In this document: piece after piece, positions 19,751-28,111 of the stretch
How positions within the stretch are numbered: the first letter of the stretch is position 1
Layout of the letters: each line of letters starts with the position of its first letter
Assembly: GCA_905233835.1 (NCBI GenBank)
Contig: CAJOGB010000001.1
Coordinates: 1-48,240 of the forward strand
From: an uncultured Lachnospiraceae bacterium
GTDB taxonomy: Bacteria; Bacillota; Clostridia; Lachnospirales; Lachnospiraceae
Direction: 5' to 3'
DNA: 48,240 bases
The notes under the pieces: model-generated
Seen by the model: the letters and a program-made list of their open reading frames with translations, nothing else
What the model was told of the DNA's origin: nothing
Database searches by the model: none
Made by a program: the position numbers and the translations under genes

Positions 19751-20298
19751 ATCACACCTATGAAACCGATCGATTGTATTTAAAAGTGTTAAGTCGCTAC
19801 GATGCCCGCATGGTATTGGATTTCTACAGTGCAAACGCAAAGGAGTTTGCCCTCTACGAACCCTTAAAGGAAGAGGATGTAACGAATCTAAACTACCACG
19901 CTCTCATGTTGGATTTTGAGCTGGAAAATTACAAAAAAAACGCTCTCCTTCGACTCTACATTTTTGAAAAGGACAATCCTTTTAAAATCATCGGAACATT
20001 AAGTTTTCGAAATATTGCTCAAGGATTTTACAAAGCAGCCACCCTCGGCTATAAAATGGATAAAGACTTTCGTCGAATGGGATATATGTCGGAAGCCATT
20101 TCAAAGGGAATGGAAATCATGGACAAGGAACTGCATCTTCACCGAGTAGAAGCCATCGTCCTTCCGGATAACGATGCCTCCATCGGGCTTTTGGAAAAGT
20201 TGGATTTCCAGCGAGAAGGTTTAATTCGTGACAAAGTATTCTTAAACGGTGCGTGGCGGGACCACTACCTCTACTCTCATATTTTTGAAAATAATTAA
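19747..20298 (+). CDS. GNAT family N-acetyltransferase (RimJ/RimL-like)
   Basis: 183 aa with an ATGA overlap onto the upstream gene. The acetyl-CoA motif-A-like segment is RRMGYMSEAISKG and the tail is FQREGLIRD. Confidence 0.75.
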   Translation: MNHTYETDRLYLKVLSRYDARMVLDFYSANAKEFALYEPLKEEDVTNLNYHALMLDFELENYKKNALLRLYIFEKDNPFKIIGTLSFRNIAQGFYKAATLGYKMDKDFRRMGYMSEAISKGMEIMDKELHLHRVEAIVLPDNDASIGLLEKLDFQREGLIRDKVFLNGAWRDHYLYSHIFENN

Positions 20299-20328
20299 GG
20301 CGCTCTTTTTAAGAGCGCCTGCTTTTTT
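20299..20328. terminator. Hairpin terminator between convergent GNAT and HIT genes
   Basis: GGCGCTCTT-TTT-AAGAGCGCC followed by TGCTTTTTT, directly after the TAA at 20296-20298. The T-run overlaps the HIT stop codon. Confidence 0.8.
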
Positions 20329-20737
20329 AAAATGACAATTTATCTTTGATTTCTTTCATTTCCTCATCGGAAAGTTCCAAATGATTCCACTCTAAAATCG
20401 CATCATCGCCGGTTGTTCTCGGAATCAAATGTACATGTAAATGGAATACGGTTTGGCCTGCTGCCACTTCGTTATTCTGCAATACGTTTACGCCGTCGCA
20501 GTGAAGTTTTTCTTTCATTTGCTTTGCGATTTTTTTCGCAAGGGGAAGAATCTTTTCCGCCACCGCATCATCGGTTTCATAAAGATTATCAAAGTGTTCC
20601 TTCGGAAGGATTAGCGCGTGACCCTTTGCGGCCGGGGACGCATCCAAAATCACCTTAAAATCATCGTCTTCATAAATACTGTTAGTGGGAATTATTCCAT
20701 TCGCCAGTTTACAAAAAATGCAATCGTCCTTTTTCAT
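20327..20737 (-). CDS. HIT (histidine triad) family protein
   Basis: 136 aa with the HLHVHLIP histidine triad and an N-terminal CIFCKL zinc-like motif. Confidence 0.85.
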   Translation of the reverse strand: MKKDDCIFCKLANGIIPTNSIYEDDDFKVILDASPAAKGHALILPKEHFDNLYETDDAVAEKILPLAKKIAKQMKEKLHCDGVNVLQNNEVAAGQTVFHLHVHLIPRTTGDDAILEWNHLELSDEEMKEIKDKLSF

Positions 20738-20746
20738 ATGCCCCTC

Positions 20747-21742
20747 CTATTTCATAAACGGGAAAATCTTATCAAGTCCCTGCAATAATTTCATATCTCC
20801 GCCGGCAGTCAAATCGCCCACCGTAAAGGCGCGGTAAATGGATTTTCTGCCGGATACGATGTCGTTCATTACCTGATAAGGAACCTTTAAGTACACATCG
20901 TAGGTATCCTGGGGTCCGTAGTGGCAAAGGATATCATCGCCGTTAACTTCGACAAGAAGCGGTTTTTTCTTTCCCTCGATTTCAAAAAGAATTCGGCCCC
21001 TATACTCATCCATTGGCTGGTAGTGAGACTTAAAAGATGAGATAAATTCGGTCTCCTCATCTTCTGTCTGTTTGCCAAGCATATTTCGATATATGGAAGA
21101 AAGCTCGATAATATCTTCCTTTTGCTGTTTTACGTATTCATCATCGGAAGCGTATACAGAAAGCTGCTCGCTCTCCTGTGGGGTTAATTCCATGGAGTGA
21201 GAACGAAGAACGGAACGGGTTACCGCCTGGTTAGAGGTTGGAAGACCCTTTGCCTTCTGAGAAATGGTGCGGTACAAATTCTCCGCTTTTTTCTCGATGA
21301 TGTGAGCAAATTCCTGGTTGGACTCAAACTCTGCACGATCTTCCACGTAACCGCAAAGTCCGTTACAGGGAAGTCCGCCCAAAATCTCCCATGCGTTTTC
21401 CAGCGTTAAAATGCCTTCCCGCTCACCGTAGGTCTTTGACAATACCACCGGTTGCATGTAGATGGTGGACATCTTTTCCTTATCGCCGTAGAGCCAGCAA
21501 GCATCCAAAAACTGATTCATGTATCCGCCGATGCCCAACCACTCCACTGTGGTAGCCAGAATAATACCGTCCACATCCTTTAGGGTCTGAGGCAAAGTGG
21601 AAATCTCATTTTTATATTCATAGATGTTATAGTGATGAACTTCCACACGAAGTTCAATCAACACATCTTCCATTTTTTTGATGACATAAATCGTGGGGTC
21701 ATCCAAGACTCCGCGACCGCCGTAGTAAATATTAATCTTCAT
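20747..21742 (-). CDS. Flavodoxin-like-fold (NAD(P)H oxidoreductase-like) protein fused to a C-terminal SCP2 sterol-carrier-like domain
   Basis: The N-terminus MKINIYYGGRG...DGIILATTVEW is flavodoxin-like. The C-terminus ...FTVGDLTAGGDMKLLQGLDKIF matches the SCP2 C-terminal pattern from memory. Confidence 0.55.
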   Translation of the reverse strand: MKINIYYGGRGVLDDPTIYVIKKMEDVLIELRVEVHHYNIYEYKNEISTLPQTLKDVDGIILATTVEWLGIGGYMNQFLDACWLYGDKEKMSTIYMQPVVLSKTYGEREGILTLENAWEILGGLPCNGLCGYVEDRAEFESNQEFAHIIEKKAENLYRTISQKAKGLPTSNQAVTRSVLRSHSMELTPQESEQLSVYASDDEYVKQQKEDIIELSSIYRNMLGKQTEDEETEFISSFKSHYQPMDEYRGRILFEIEGKKKPLLVEVNGDDILCHYGPQDTYDVYLKVPYQVMNDIVSGRKSIYRAFTVGDLTAGGDMKLLQGLDKIFPFMK

Positions 21743-21946
21743 AAAAACTCCCGAAAATCTAATGTTTTCACGTACTTCATAAGTATAAATTTTTTGCGTC
21801 GGAAAATCAAGAAAGTCGCCGAATTCCCTACAGATTATCCTAAAGATTTTTCAAAAATTTCCGAAAAGTAATATGTAGAATATGTGGTGAAACGGAATTC
21901 CCAATATTTTTGCACGGAGGCACGAATATACGAGGATTCTTTTTTC

Positions 21947-24934
21947 ATGCAAATTAACGAGTTAAAAAATATGATGCTTGCAAATGCAGGCACTCCCAAT
22001 TCCATAAATACCTCCGTTTCCGGAGCCACCGGGTCTGAGAATATCAAAGATCACACAAAGACCGAGGGACTTCGAAACATTTCCGTAAAAAATCCTTTTT
22101 ACAACAAAGATGAATTAGGTGAAAAAACTTCTGCCGAATCTTTATCCGAGATTGAAGGTGCGGGCTTGTCCGCAAAGGAAGTAAAAGAACAAATGGTGCT
22201 TTCTTCCGAAAACATGACGGACACCGAGTACGGCAAGTTAAAGGAAGACGGCCACGATCCCATGGATATGGATCGTAAAGATTTTGTGACCATTGCAGAT
22301 AAAATCCGTGTGCAGCTGGCAAAAGGCGGCATGGATGTTTCCATCACCGGTGGTGTCTCTGACAAAGCGGTGGAAGCTTTGGGTGGAGATGCTGTAAGTA
22401 GTGCGGCCATTGATAAAGCAGTGGACAATGCCGTGAAAAAGGCAGCAGAGTTAAATGAGTTATCCGAAGATAACATGCTTTATCTTGTAAAGAATAACTT
22501 AGAGCCAACCATTGAGGCTTTGTTTGCGGCGGAATATTCCCAGGGCGCGGAGGCAGTTCGTCTTGGACCGGGGGAAACCATTGATTTTTCCAAACCGGAA
22601 ATGGCAGCCCTTTTGGAACAGGTGACAAGTGTGATTACGGAAGCCGGATTTGAGGCGGATGATACACAGATTGCAAACGCTGTGCTTTTGTTGGAAAACG
22701 AGATTCCGGTGACAGAGGATTCCATCAGCTATTTTTATACATTACAAACAGAGTCCCTTCATCTTTCTGCAAAGGAAGTAACGGAAGCGATTCTTACTTC
22801 TTTGGAAGAGGGCAATATGCCGGAAGATGCTTATCTGATGGAAGGATTTTCCCTAAAAGATCAGGCAAAGGAAGTAAACGACTACTTTCAAAATACGCCT
22901 GCGGAGGAAATCGCATTTTTATCTACGACAGAAGATCAGGTGGTAGCACTTCGTCAGGTAAATGAGATTCGTCTTATGATGACCATGGAAGCAAATTATG
23001 CCCTTTTAAAACAGGGCATTACAATTGATACCACTGAATTGGAAGAGTTGATTGAGAATCTAAAAGCGCAGGAAGCTTCTGCGACAGTGGAAGATAAAGT
23101 TGCGGAAGTTCTTACGGTAAAAGAAGAAGTAAAGAGCTATCCTATCGATCTTTTAGGTGCATTCTCCACAATGGATGCAATTGAACATGCAACCATAACG
23201 GATTTAAAAGTTACAGGTGCAGCGTTGGCTGCAAAATATGAAGCTGCAGGCGAGCGCTATGAAATCATGGGTACCGAGGTTCGTCGGGACTTGGGTGACT
23301 CCATTAAAAAAGCTTTCCGAAACGTGGATGATATCCTTTACGATTTGGGCATGGAAGTTTCCGAAGAAAACGAAAAAGCCGTTCGCATTTTAGGTTATAA
23401 CAGCTTAGAAATTACTGTGGAATCCGTTTCTACCATGCGCTACGCCAACGAGCTTGTAACTTCTACCTTTAAGGCGCTGACCCCGAAGGTGGTTACGGAA
23501 ATGATTAAAGAAGGCTTTTCTCCTCTTGATTCTTCTTTAAAAGAATTACAGGAAAAGGCCAAAGAAATTATAGCAAATATGAAAGACTCTTCAGGAGAGT
23601 TTTCCAACCATAATAAAGAGGATAACTTCGCTGAATTTTTGTGGAAACTGGAGCGCCAAAACGGCATCACAGAAGAACAGCGTCAAAGCTTTATCGGCGT
23701 CTATCGTTTGCTTCATCAGGTGGAAGCCACAGACGGCGCAGTGATTGGACAGCTTATAAATCAGGGTGCGGATCTTACCCTTCGAAACATGATGGGTGCG
23801 GTAAAAACCAGAAAGCATGAAAACCGCGACTATACCATTGACGATGATTTCGGCGGAATGGACAATACCACTTCTTCACTTTCCATTTTACAGCAGATCG
23901 AAGCCGCATTTATGACTTCTCGTGTCAGTGATGCCCGCATGGAGATTTCCGCATCTAAGATGATGCAGTTTGAAAACGAAGATTCCTATATGAATATGAA
24001 TCCGGATCAGTTTGCATCCGCGTTGGAATCCATGGATAAAGACGAGGCATTGGAAAAAGCTTTTGCGCAGGAAGAAATTTCCCGCATGCAAACTGCCGTA
24101 AATTCCGAAGAAAAAATCTATCAGATGTTAAAACAAATGGATATTCCTCAGACCCCGGCTTATTTGGAAGCCTGGGCGCAGTATATGCAAAATCGTAACC
24201 AGACCTTTAAGAATCTGGCAAGGCACTTAGGCGGGGATCGAGACGTCTTTTCCGAAATCGGAAGTGAGCTTGATTTTTCCGATATCGACGGACTTTTACA
24301 GACCACTATGGCTGATATTATCGAGGCCATGGGAGAAGCTTCCAAAACTCCGGAAGAAATGGCGGAAGCTCAGGAAAAATTGGCGGAAACCGCAGAAAAT
24401 GTCATGCGAAATATGTTGGTGGAAAAAGATGCAACTTCTATCGATGTTCGCGGCATGCGTATTACCGTTACCCAGCTTCAGATGCTTGGAAAACAGGCGC
24501 GTAAAACCGAGCAGTATGCGGTTCCCATTATGGTGGCGGACGAATACGGAAATATGTCACTAAAAATTGTTCGCGGAAAAGAAGAAGACAAAGGACAGGT
24601 GGATATTTTATTTGATATGGAATCCACCGGTGCGGTATCCGCGAAATTTAAATTTGAAGGAAATTCCCTTGACGGAAGCATCACCACTTCCTTACAGGCA
24701 ACGAGAGAACTTTTGTCTTCTCATATGGCTAATTTTGCGGCAGCAATGCAAAAAGCAGCAGATCTTCCGGTGGCATTAAGCTTCGGTTGGGAAAATAATT
24801 TGGATACGGATGCCGCTTTCGAAAACGACAAATACGACTTTGAAACCACCACGGAAAAACGTGAAATTCAGACAAGCAAGTTGTATGGAATCGCTCGAGC
24901 ATTTATCCAAACTTTAGGTGAAATTGCATCTTAA
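21947..24934 (+). CDS. Large acidic hypothetical protein with a FliK-like (hook-length control) C-terminal region
   Basis: The ORF is open from 21884. I prefer the ATG at 21947 (MQINELKN), which has GAGGA 11 nt upstream. It has no TM segment and is highly acidic. The C-terminal segment MSLKIVRGKEEDKGQVDILFDMESTGAVSAKFKFEGNSLDGSITTSLQATRELL resembles the Flg_hook/FliK C-terminal pattern. It sits directly upstream of flagellin. Confidence 0.6.
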   Translation: MQINELKNMMLANAGTPNSINTSVSGATGSENIKDHTKTEGLRNISVKNPFYNKDELGEKTSAESLSEIEGAGLSAKEVKEQMVLSSENMTDTEYGKLKEDGHDPMDMDRKDFVTIADKIRVQLAKGGMDVSITGGVSDKAVEALGGDAVSSAAIDKAVDNAVKKAAELNELSEDNMLYLVKNNLEPTIEALFAAEYSQGAEAVRLGPGETIDFSKPEMAALLEQVTSVITEAGFEADDTQIANAVLLLENEIPVTEDSISYFYTLQTESLHLSAKEVTEAILTSLEEGNMPEDAYLMEGFSLKDQAKEVNDYFQNTPAEEIAFLSTTEDQVVALRQVNEIRLMMTMEANYALLKQGITIDTTELEELIENLKAQEASATVEDKVAEVLTVKEEVKSYPIDLLGAFSTMDAIEHATITDLKVTGAALAAKYEAAGERYEIMGTEVRRDLGDSIKKAFRNVDDILYDLGMEVSEENEKAVRILGYNSLEITVESVSTMRYANELVTSTFKALTPKVVTEMIKEGFSPLDSSLKELQEKAKEIIANMKDSSGEFSNHNKEDNFAEFLWKLERQNGITEEQRQSFIGVYRLLHQVEATDGAVIGQLINQGADLTLRNMMGAVKTRKHENRDYTIDDDFGGMDNTTSSLSILQQIEAAFMTSRVSDARMEISASKMMQFENEDSYMNMNPDQFASALESMDKDEALEKAFAQEEISRMQTAVNSEEKIYQMLKQMDIPQTPAYLEAWAQYMQNRNQTFKNLARHLGGDRDVFSEIGSELDFSDIDGLLQTTMADIIEAMGEASKTPEEMAEAQEKLAETAENVMRNMLVEKDATSIDVRGMRITVTQLQMLGKQARKTEQYAVPIMVADEYGNMSLKIVRGKEEDKGQVDILFDMESTGAVSAKFKFEGNSLDGSITTSLQATRELLSSHMANFAAAMQKAADLPVALSFGWENNLDTDAAFENDKYDFETTTEKREIQTSKLYGIARAFIQTLGEIAS

Positions 24935-24957
24935 TTTTTCGGACAAAAATCCGATAA
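24931..24957 (+). promoter_or_regulatory. Candidate sigma-28 (SigD/FliA-type) promoter of the flagellin gene
   Basis: TAAT at 24932-24935 and CCGATAA at 24951-24957, with a 14-15 nt spacer. Compare the B. subtilis SigD consensus TAAA-N15-GCCGATAT (from memory). Confidence 0.5.
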
Positions 24958-24984
24958 AAATATTGTAAGACAAGGATTGTCATT

Positions 24985-25004
24985 TGAATGCATGGAAGCA
25001 TTTG
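24985..25004 (+). promoter_or_regulatory. 5'-UTR hairpin presenting GGA in its loop (CsrA-site-like)
   Basis: The stem is GAATGC/GCATTT (plus a possible U-G) with loop AUGGAA. Further AAGGA motifs lie at 24972-24976 and at the SD (25044-25048). Confidence 0.3.
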
Positions 25005-25055
25005 TTATTTTCGTGTATTCAATTGGCAATTTTTTTATGCAGAAAGGACTAGAAA

Positions 25056-26393
25056 ATGAAGGTTAATAATAATATTTCCGCAGTCATTACAAATAATCAG
25101 CTTCTTCGTACCGAAGATTCCTTGGCCGCTTCCATGGAGCGCCTTTCCTCAGGACTTAAAATCAACCACGCAAAGGATAATCCATCCGGCATGGCCATTT
25201 CCAATAAGATGCAGGCACAGATCAATGGACTTGATCAGGCTTCCAGAAACTCATCTGACGGAACGAGCGTTTTGGAAACCGCAGACGGAGCGTTAAACGA
25301 AGTTACCGCCATGCTTCAGCGTATGAGAGAGTTAGCGGTTCAGGCTGCCAACGATACCAACTCTCAGTCAGAAAAAGAAGCCATCCAGGTGGAAATTGAT
25401 AAGTTAAAAGAAGAGGTGGATCGTATTTCTTCCACCACAGAATTTAATACAAAGTCACTTTTAGACGGATCTTTGGATAACCGTGTATATGCAGACAACG
25501 TAAGCCGCATTCAGATTTCCGAAGACGTAGTTGCCGGTGAATATCATTTTGAGGTAACCCAGGCCGCTACTCAGGCAAAACAGTCCATCACATTACCAAC
25601 ATCCATTGCAGAAAGCGGTGTTCTTACCGTTAACGGATACGGCATTTATCTTGAAAAAGGAATGACCGAAGACGAAATCAAAGAAGCGGTTCGTGCAGGT
25701 GCGGAAATCGCGGAAGCGGAATTATCCCCGGACGGAACCACTCTTTCTTCCAAGGCATACGGTGCTGACGCAAAAATGGAAGTTAGCGTTGATTCCACTC
25801 TTTCTCCTTTCGGAATCGGAACCTACGAAGCACCGAAGGATGCAGAGATTACCATTGATAGCACATCCGCATTTACCGGAACAGCCACCGTTGTAACGGA
25901 AGGAAATAAACTTACTTTTACGGATGTAAAGGGATTTGAAATGTCCATGGTTTTGGAGGCAGGAGTAACCGGTGATTTTAATCTTAACGTAACCGACATG
26001 GGACCCATGGTATTACAGATTGGTGCCAACGAAGGTCAGCAGATGAGCGTTAAAATTCCAGCCTGCGATACAAAAAGCTTATATATCGATGCGGTAGATG
26101 TTACCACAGTTTTGGGTGCACAGCGTGCCATTTCTCAGTGTGATGATGCCATCGCATCCGTAAACAAAGTTCGTTCTTCTCTCGGTGCTTACACCAACCG
26201 TTTGGAATCCGCTACCAAGAGTTTGGATGAAACTTCCGAAAACATGAACTCAGCAATCTCTCGTATCTCCGATGTGGATATGGCCATTGAAATGACAGAG
26301 TACACAAGACTTAACGTACTTACCCAGGCTGCCACATCCGCTTTGTCTCAGGCAAACGAGTTACCGCAGATGGCATTACAGTTATTAGGATAA
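25056..26393 (+). CDS. fliC: Flagellin
   Basis: The conserved N-terminal D0/D1 reads MKVNNNISAV...RLSSGLKINHAKDNPSGMAIS...LQRMRELAVQAAN. The C-terminus reads ...SRISDVDMAIEMTEYTRLNVLTQAATSALSQANELPQMALQLLG. The middle is variable. Confidence 0.95.
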   Translation: MKVNNNISAVITNNQLLRTEDSLAASMERLSSGLKINHAKDNPSGMAISNKMQAQINGLDQASRNSSDGTSVLETADGALNEVTAMLQRMRELAVQAANDTNSQSEKEAIQVEIDKLKEEVDRISSTTEFNTKSLLDGSLDNRVYADNVSRIQISEDVVAGEYHFEVTQAATQAKQSITLPTSIAESGVLTVNGYGIYLEKGMTEDEIKEAVRAGAEIAEAELSPDGTTLSSKAYGADAKMEVSVDSTLSPFGIGTYEAPKDAEITIDSTSAFTGTATVVTEGNKLTFTDVKGFEMSMVLEAGVTGDFNLNVTDMGPMVLQIGANEGQQMSVKIPACDTKSLYIDAVDVTTVLGAQRAISQCDDAIASVNKVRSSLGAYTNRLESATKSLDETSENMNSAISRISDVDMAIEMTEYTRLNVLTQAATSALSQANELPQMALQLLG

Positions 26394-26409
26394 TCTTTAA
26401 GGAGATCCC

Positions 26410-26904
26410 ATGACAAAAGATCAGATTTCTTCTTTTCAAATAAGAATCACTCAAAGTAATAAGACGGAGTTAATTGTTACTTTATATGAAATTTATTTTG
26501 CTTATATCAATGATTGCCTTAGCGTGTTGTCTAAATTAACAGAAAAAAAAGAAAAAGCGGACTTGGACGAGTACGCAAAATCTCTTCGCATGGCCTCCCA
26601 GGTGGTACGACATTTGGAAGATGATTTAAATTTTTCCTATGAAATTTCAGGAAGTCTGTTCGGACTTTATCACTTCGTGGAAGGACGACTGGCCAAAGCA
26701 AGTTACTCACTTTCAAAAGAAGATTTAGAAGATACCTTAAAGGTGATGAAGCCTTTATACGAAAGCTTTAAAGAGGTGGCCACACAGGATGACTCCAAAC
26801 CTTTGATGCAGCACACCCAAAAAATTTCCGCAGGATACACCTACGGAAGAAATGATGTAAACGAATCTGTTGGCTCAGAAAGTAACAGAGGATTTTTTGC
26901 ATAG
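26410..26904 (+). CDS. fliS: Flagellar export chaperone FliS-like protein
   Basis: 164 aa, immediately after flagellin, with GGAG upstream. ITQSNKTELIVTLYEIYFAYINDCL resembles the FliS N-terminal helix pattern (..sp.eLi.mLYeg..). Confidence 0.6.
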   Translation: MTKDQISSFQIRITQSNKTELIVTLYEIYFAYINDCLSVLSKLTEKKEKADLDEYAKSLRMASQVVRHLEDDLNFSYEISGSLFGLYHFVEGRLAKASYSLSKEDLEDTLKVMKPLYESFKEVATQDDSKPLMQHTQKISAGYTYGRNDVNESVGSESNRGFFA

Positions 26905-26921
26905 TTAACACACAAAGTATT

Positions 26922-26952
26922 ACAACGACAGTTTTGCTGTCGTTGTTTTTTT
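26922..26952 (+). terminator. Rho-independent terminator after fliS
   Basis: ACAACGACAG-TTTTG-CTGTCGTTGT followed by TTTTTT. Confidence 0.85.
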
Positions 26953-27024
26953 GTTCAATAGTTACAATTTTTAATTTCATTATTTTCACCAAAGTTACAA
27001 AAATTATTTTTTTTTAAAAAATCT

Positions 27025-27054
27025 CTTGAAAAACTTTTGTCAGCGATTTTATAA
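27025..27054 (+). promoter_or_regulatory. Candidate sigma-A promoter of the Tad operon
   Basis: TTGAAA (27025-27030), an 18-nt spacer, then TATAAT (27049-27054), about 60 nt upstream of the first Tad ORF. A direct repeat AGTTACAA occurs at about 26959 and 26991. Confidence 0.5.
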
Positions 27055-27115
27055 TTAGCGCATTCACACAAATTCTTTTTTTCCCCTCAAACAACAGAAT
27101 AACGAAGGAGGCAAT

Positions 27116-28111
27116 ATGAGAGCTATCTCGATTGTTATCTGCGATACGGATTCCGCATTCGTACAGTCTTTAAGCTGGTTCCTTTGCGGGCAAATGAAAA
27201 ATATTTCCGTAGTTGCATTTACGCAGATGAATTCCTTTTTAAACAGCAGCGGTCACTATCACCTCGGTCTGTTTGGAAAAGAATTCTTGCAGGTATACGA
27301 GGAGCAAAATCCGGATCTTTGTATAGACGACATCTATTATTTGTCTTCTACCCTTGGCGAAGGATTTGGTTCTTACAATGTTTTCTACAAGTATCAAAAC
27401 ATGAGATGCTTACTGGAAATCATTGCCCAAAAACACCTTGAGGAAAAAATGGGCTGTAACGAATCGGAAAAGCCGAAAGTCTACGGCATTTATTCTCCGA
27501 TTCAACACGATCTAAGAGTTCCGTTTAGTCTTACATTTTCACATTTACTTTCACAAAAAAAGGAAACTCTATTTCTGGATTTAGAACCATTTAGTGTTCT
27601 ACCCGGTTTAATCCCTAACGACAGATTTGATACGGATTTCATGGATATTATGTATCTGTTGAAATCACAAAAAAATGACTTTGATTTAAAAAAATACATT
27701 TTTTATTTTGAAGATATCGCCATGCTACCCGTGGCAAAAAATCCATTCGATTTTGCTGCAGCGGACGAAGATGCATGGGATTTGCTTATTGAAAAAATAT
27801 TAAAACTGCGGTTTCAACTGGTGGTGTTATTTGACCGCCTCGATTCCGTATCCAAATGCTTCTATCCCATTATGGATGAACTCATCCTTTTGGGACGACC
27901 GGAAGATTACTACCGCTACAGCCAAGAATGCTGTCGTGAATATTTAAATGAATCGGATTTGGAGTTTTCTCTCCATTCCGTTGATTTAAACATGTCGGCA
28001 ACCGGATTAAAGGAAGGGTCTTTCGGTATGAAAAAAATTATCGAAGGAAATATGGCAGGGTTTATACAAAATGAATTTAAAGGAACGTTTGCGTCTGCAG
28101 GTATTAAATAA
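27116..28111 (+). CDS. TadZ/CpaE-like protein with pseudo-receiver N-domain and degenerate P-loop
   Basis: 331 aa with AAGGAGG upstream. The N-terminus ISIVICDTDSAF is receiver-like, but I see no Asp at the expected phospho-acceptor position. Where CpaE/MinD proteins have GGVGKT, it reads VYGIYSPIQHDLRVPFSLTFSHLL. It sits first in the operon, ahead of cpaF. Confidence 0.55.
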   Translation: MRAISIVICDTDSAFVQSLSWFLCGQMKNISVVAFTQMNSFLNSSGHYHLGLFGKEFLQVYEEQNPDLCIDDIYYLSSTLGEGFGSYNVFYKYQNMRCLLEIIAQKHLEEKMGCNESEKPKVYGIYSPIQHDLRVPFSLTFSHLLSQKKETLFLDLEPFSVLPGLIPNDRFDTDFMDIMYLLKSQKNDFDLKKYIFYFEDIAMLPVAKNPFDFAAADEDAWDLLIEKILKLRFQLVVLFDRLDSVSKCFYPIMDELILLGRPEDYYRYSQECCREYLNESDLEFSLHSVDLNMSATGLKEGSFGMKKIIEGNMAGFIQNEFKGTFASAGIK

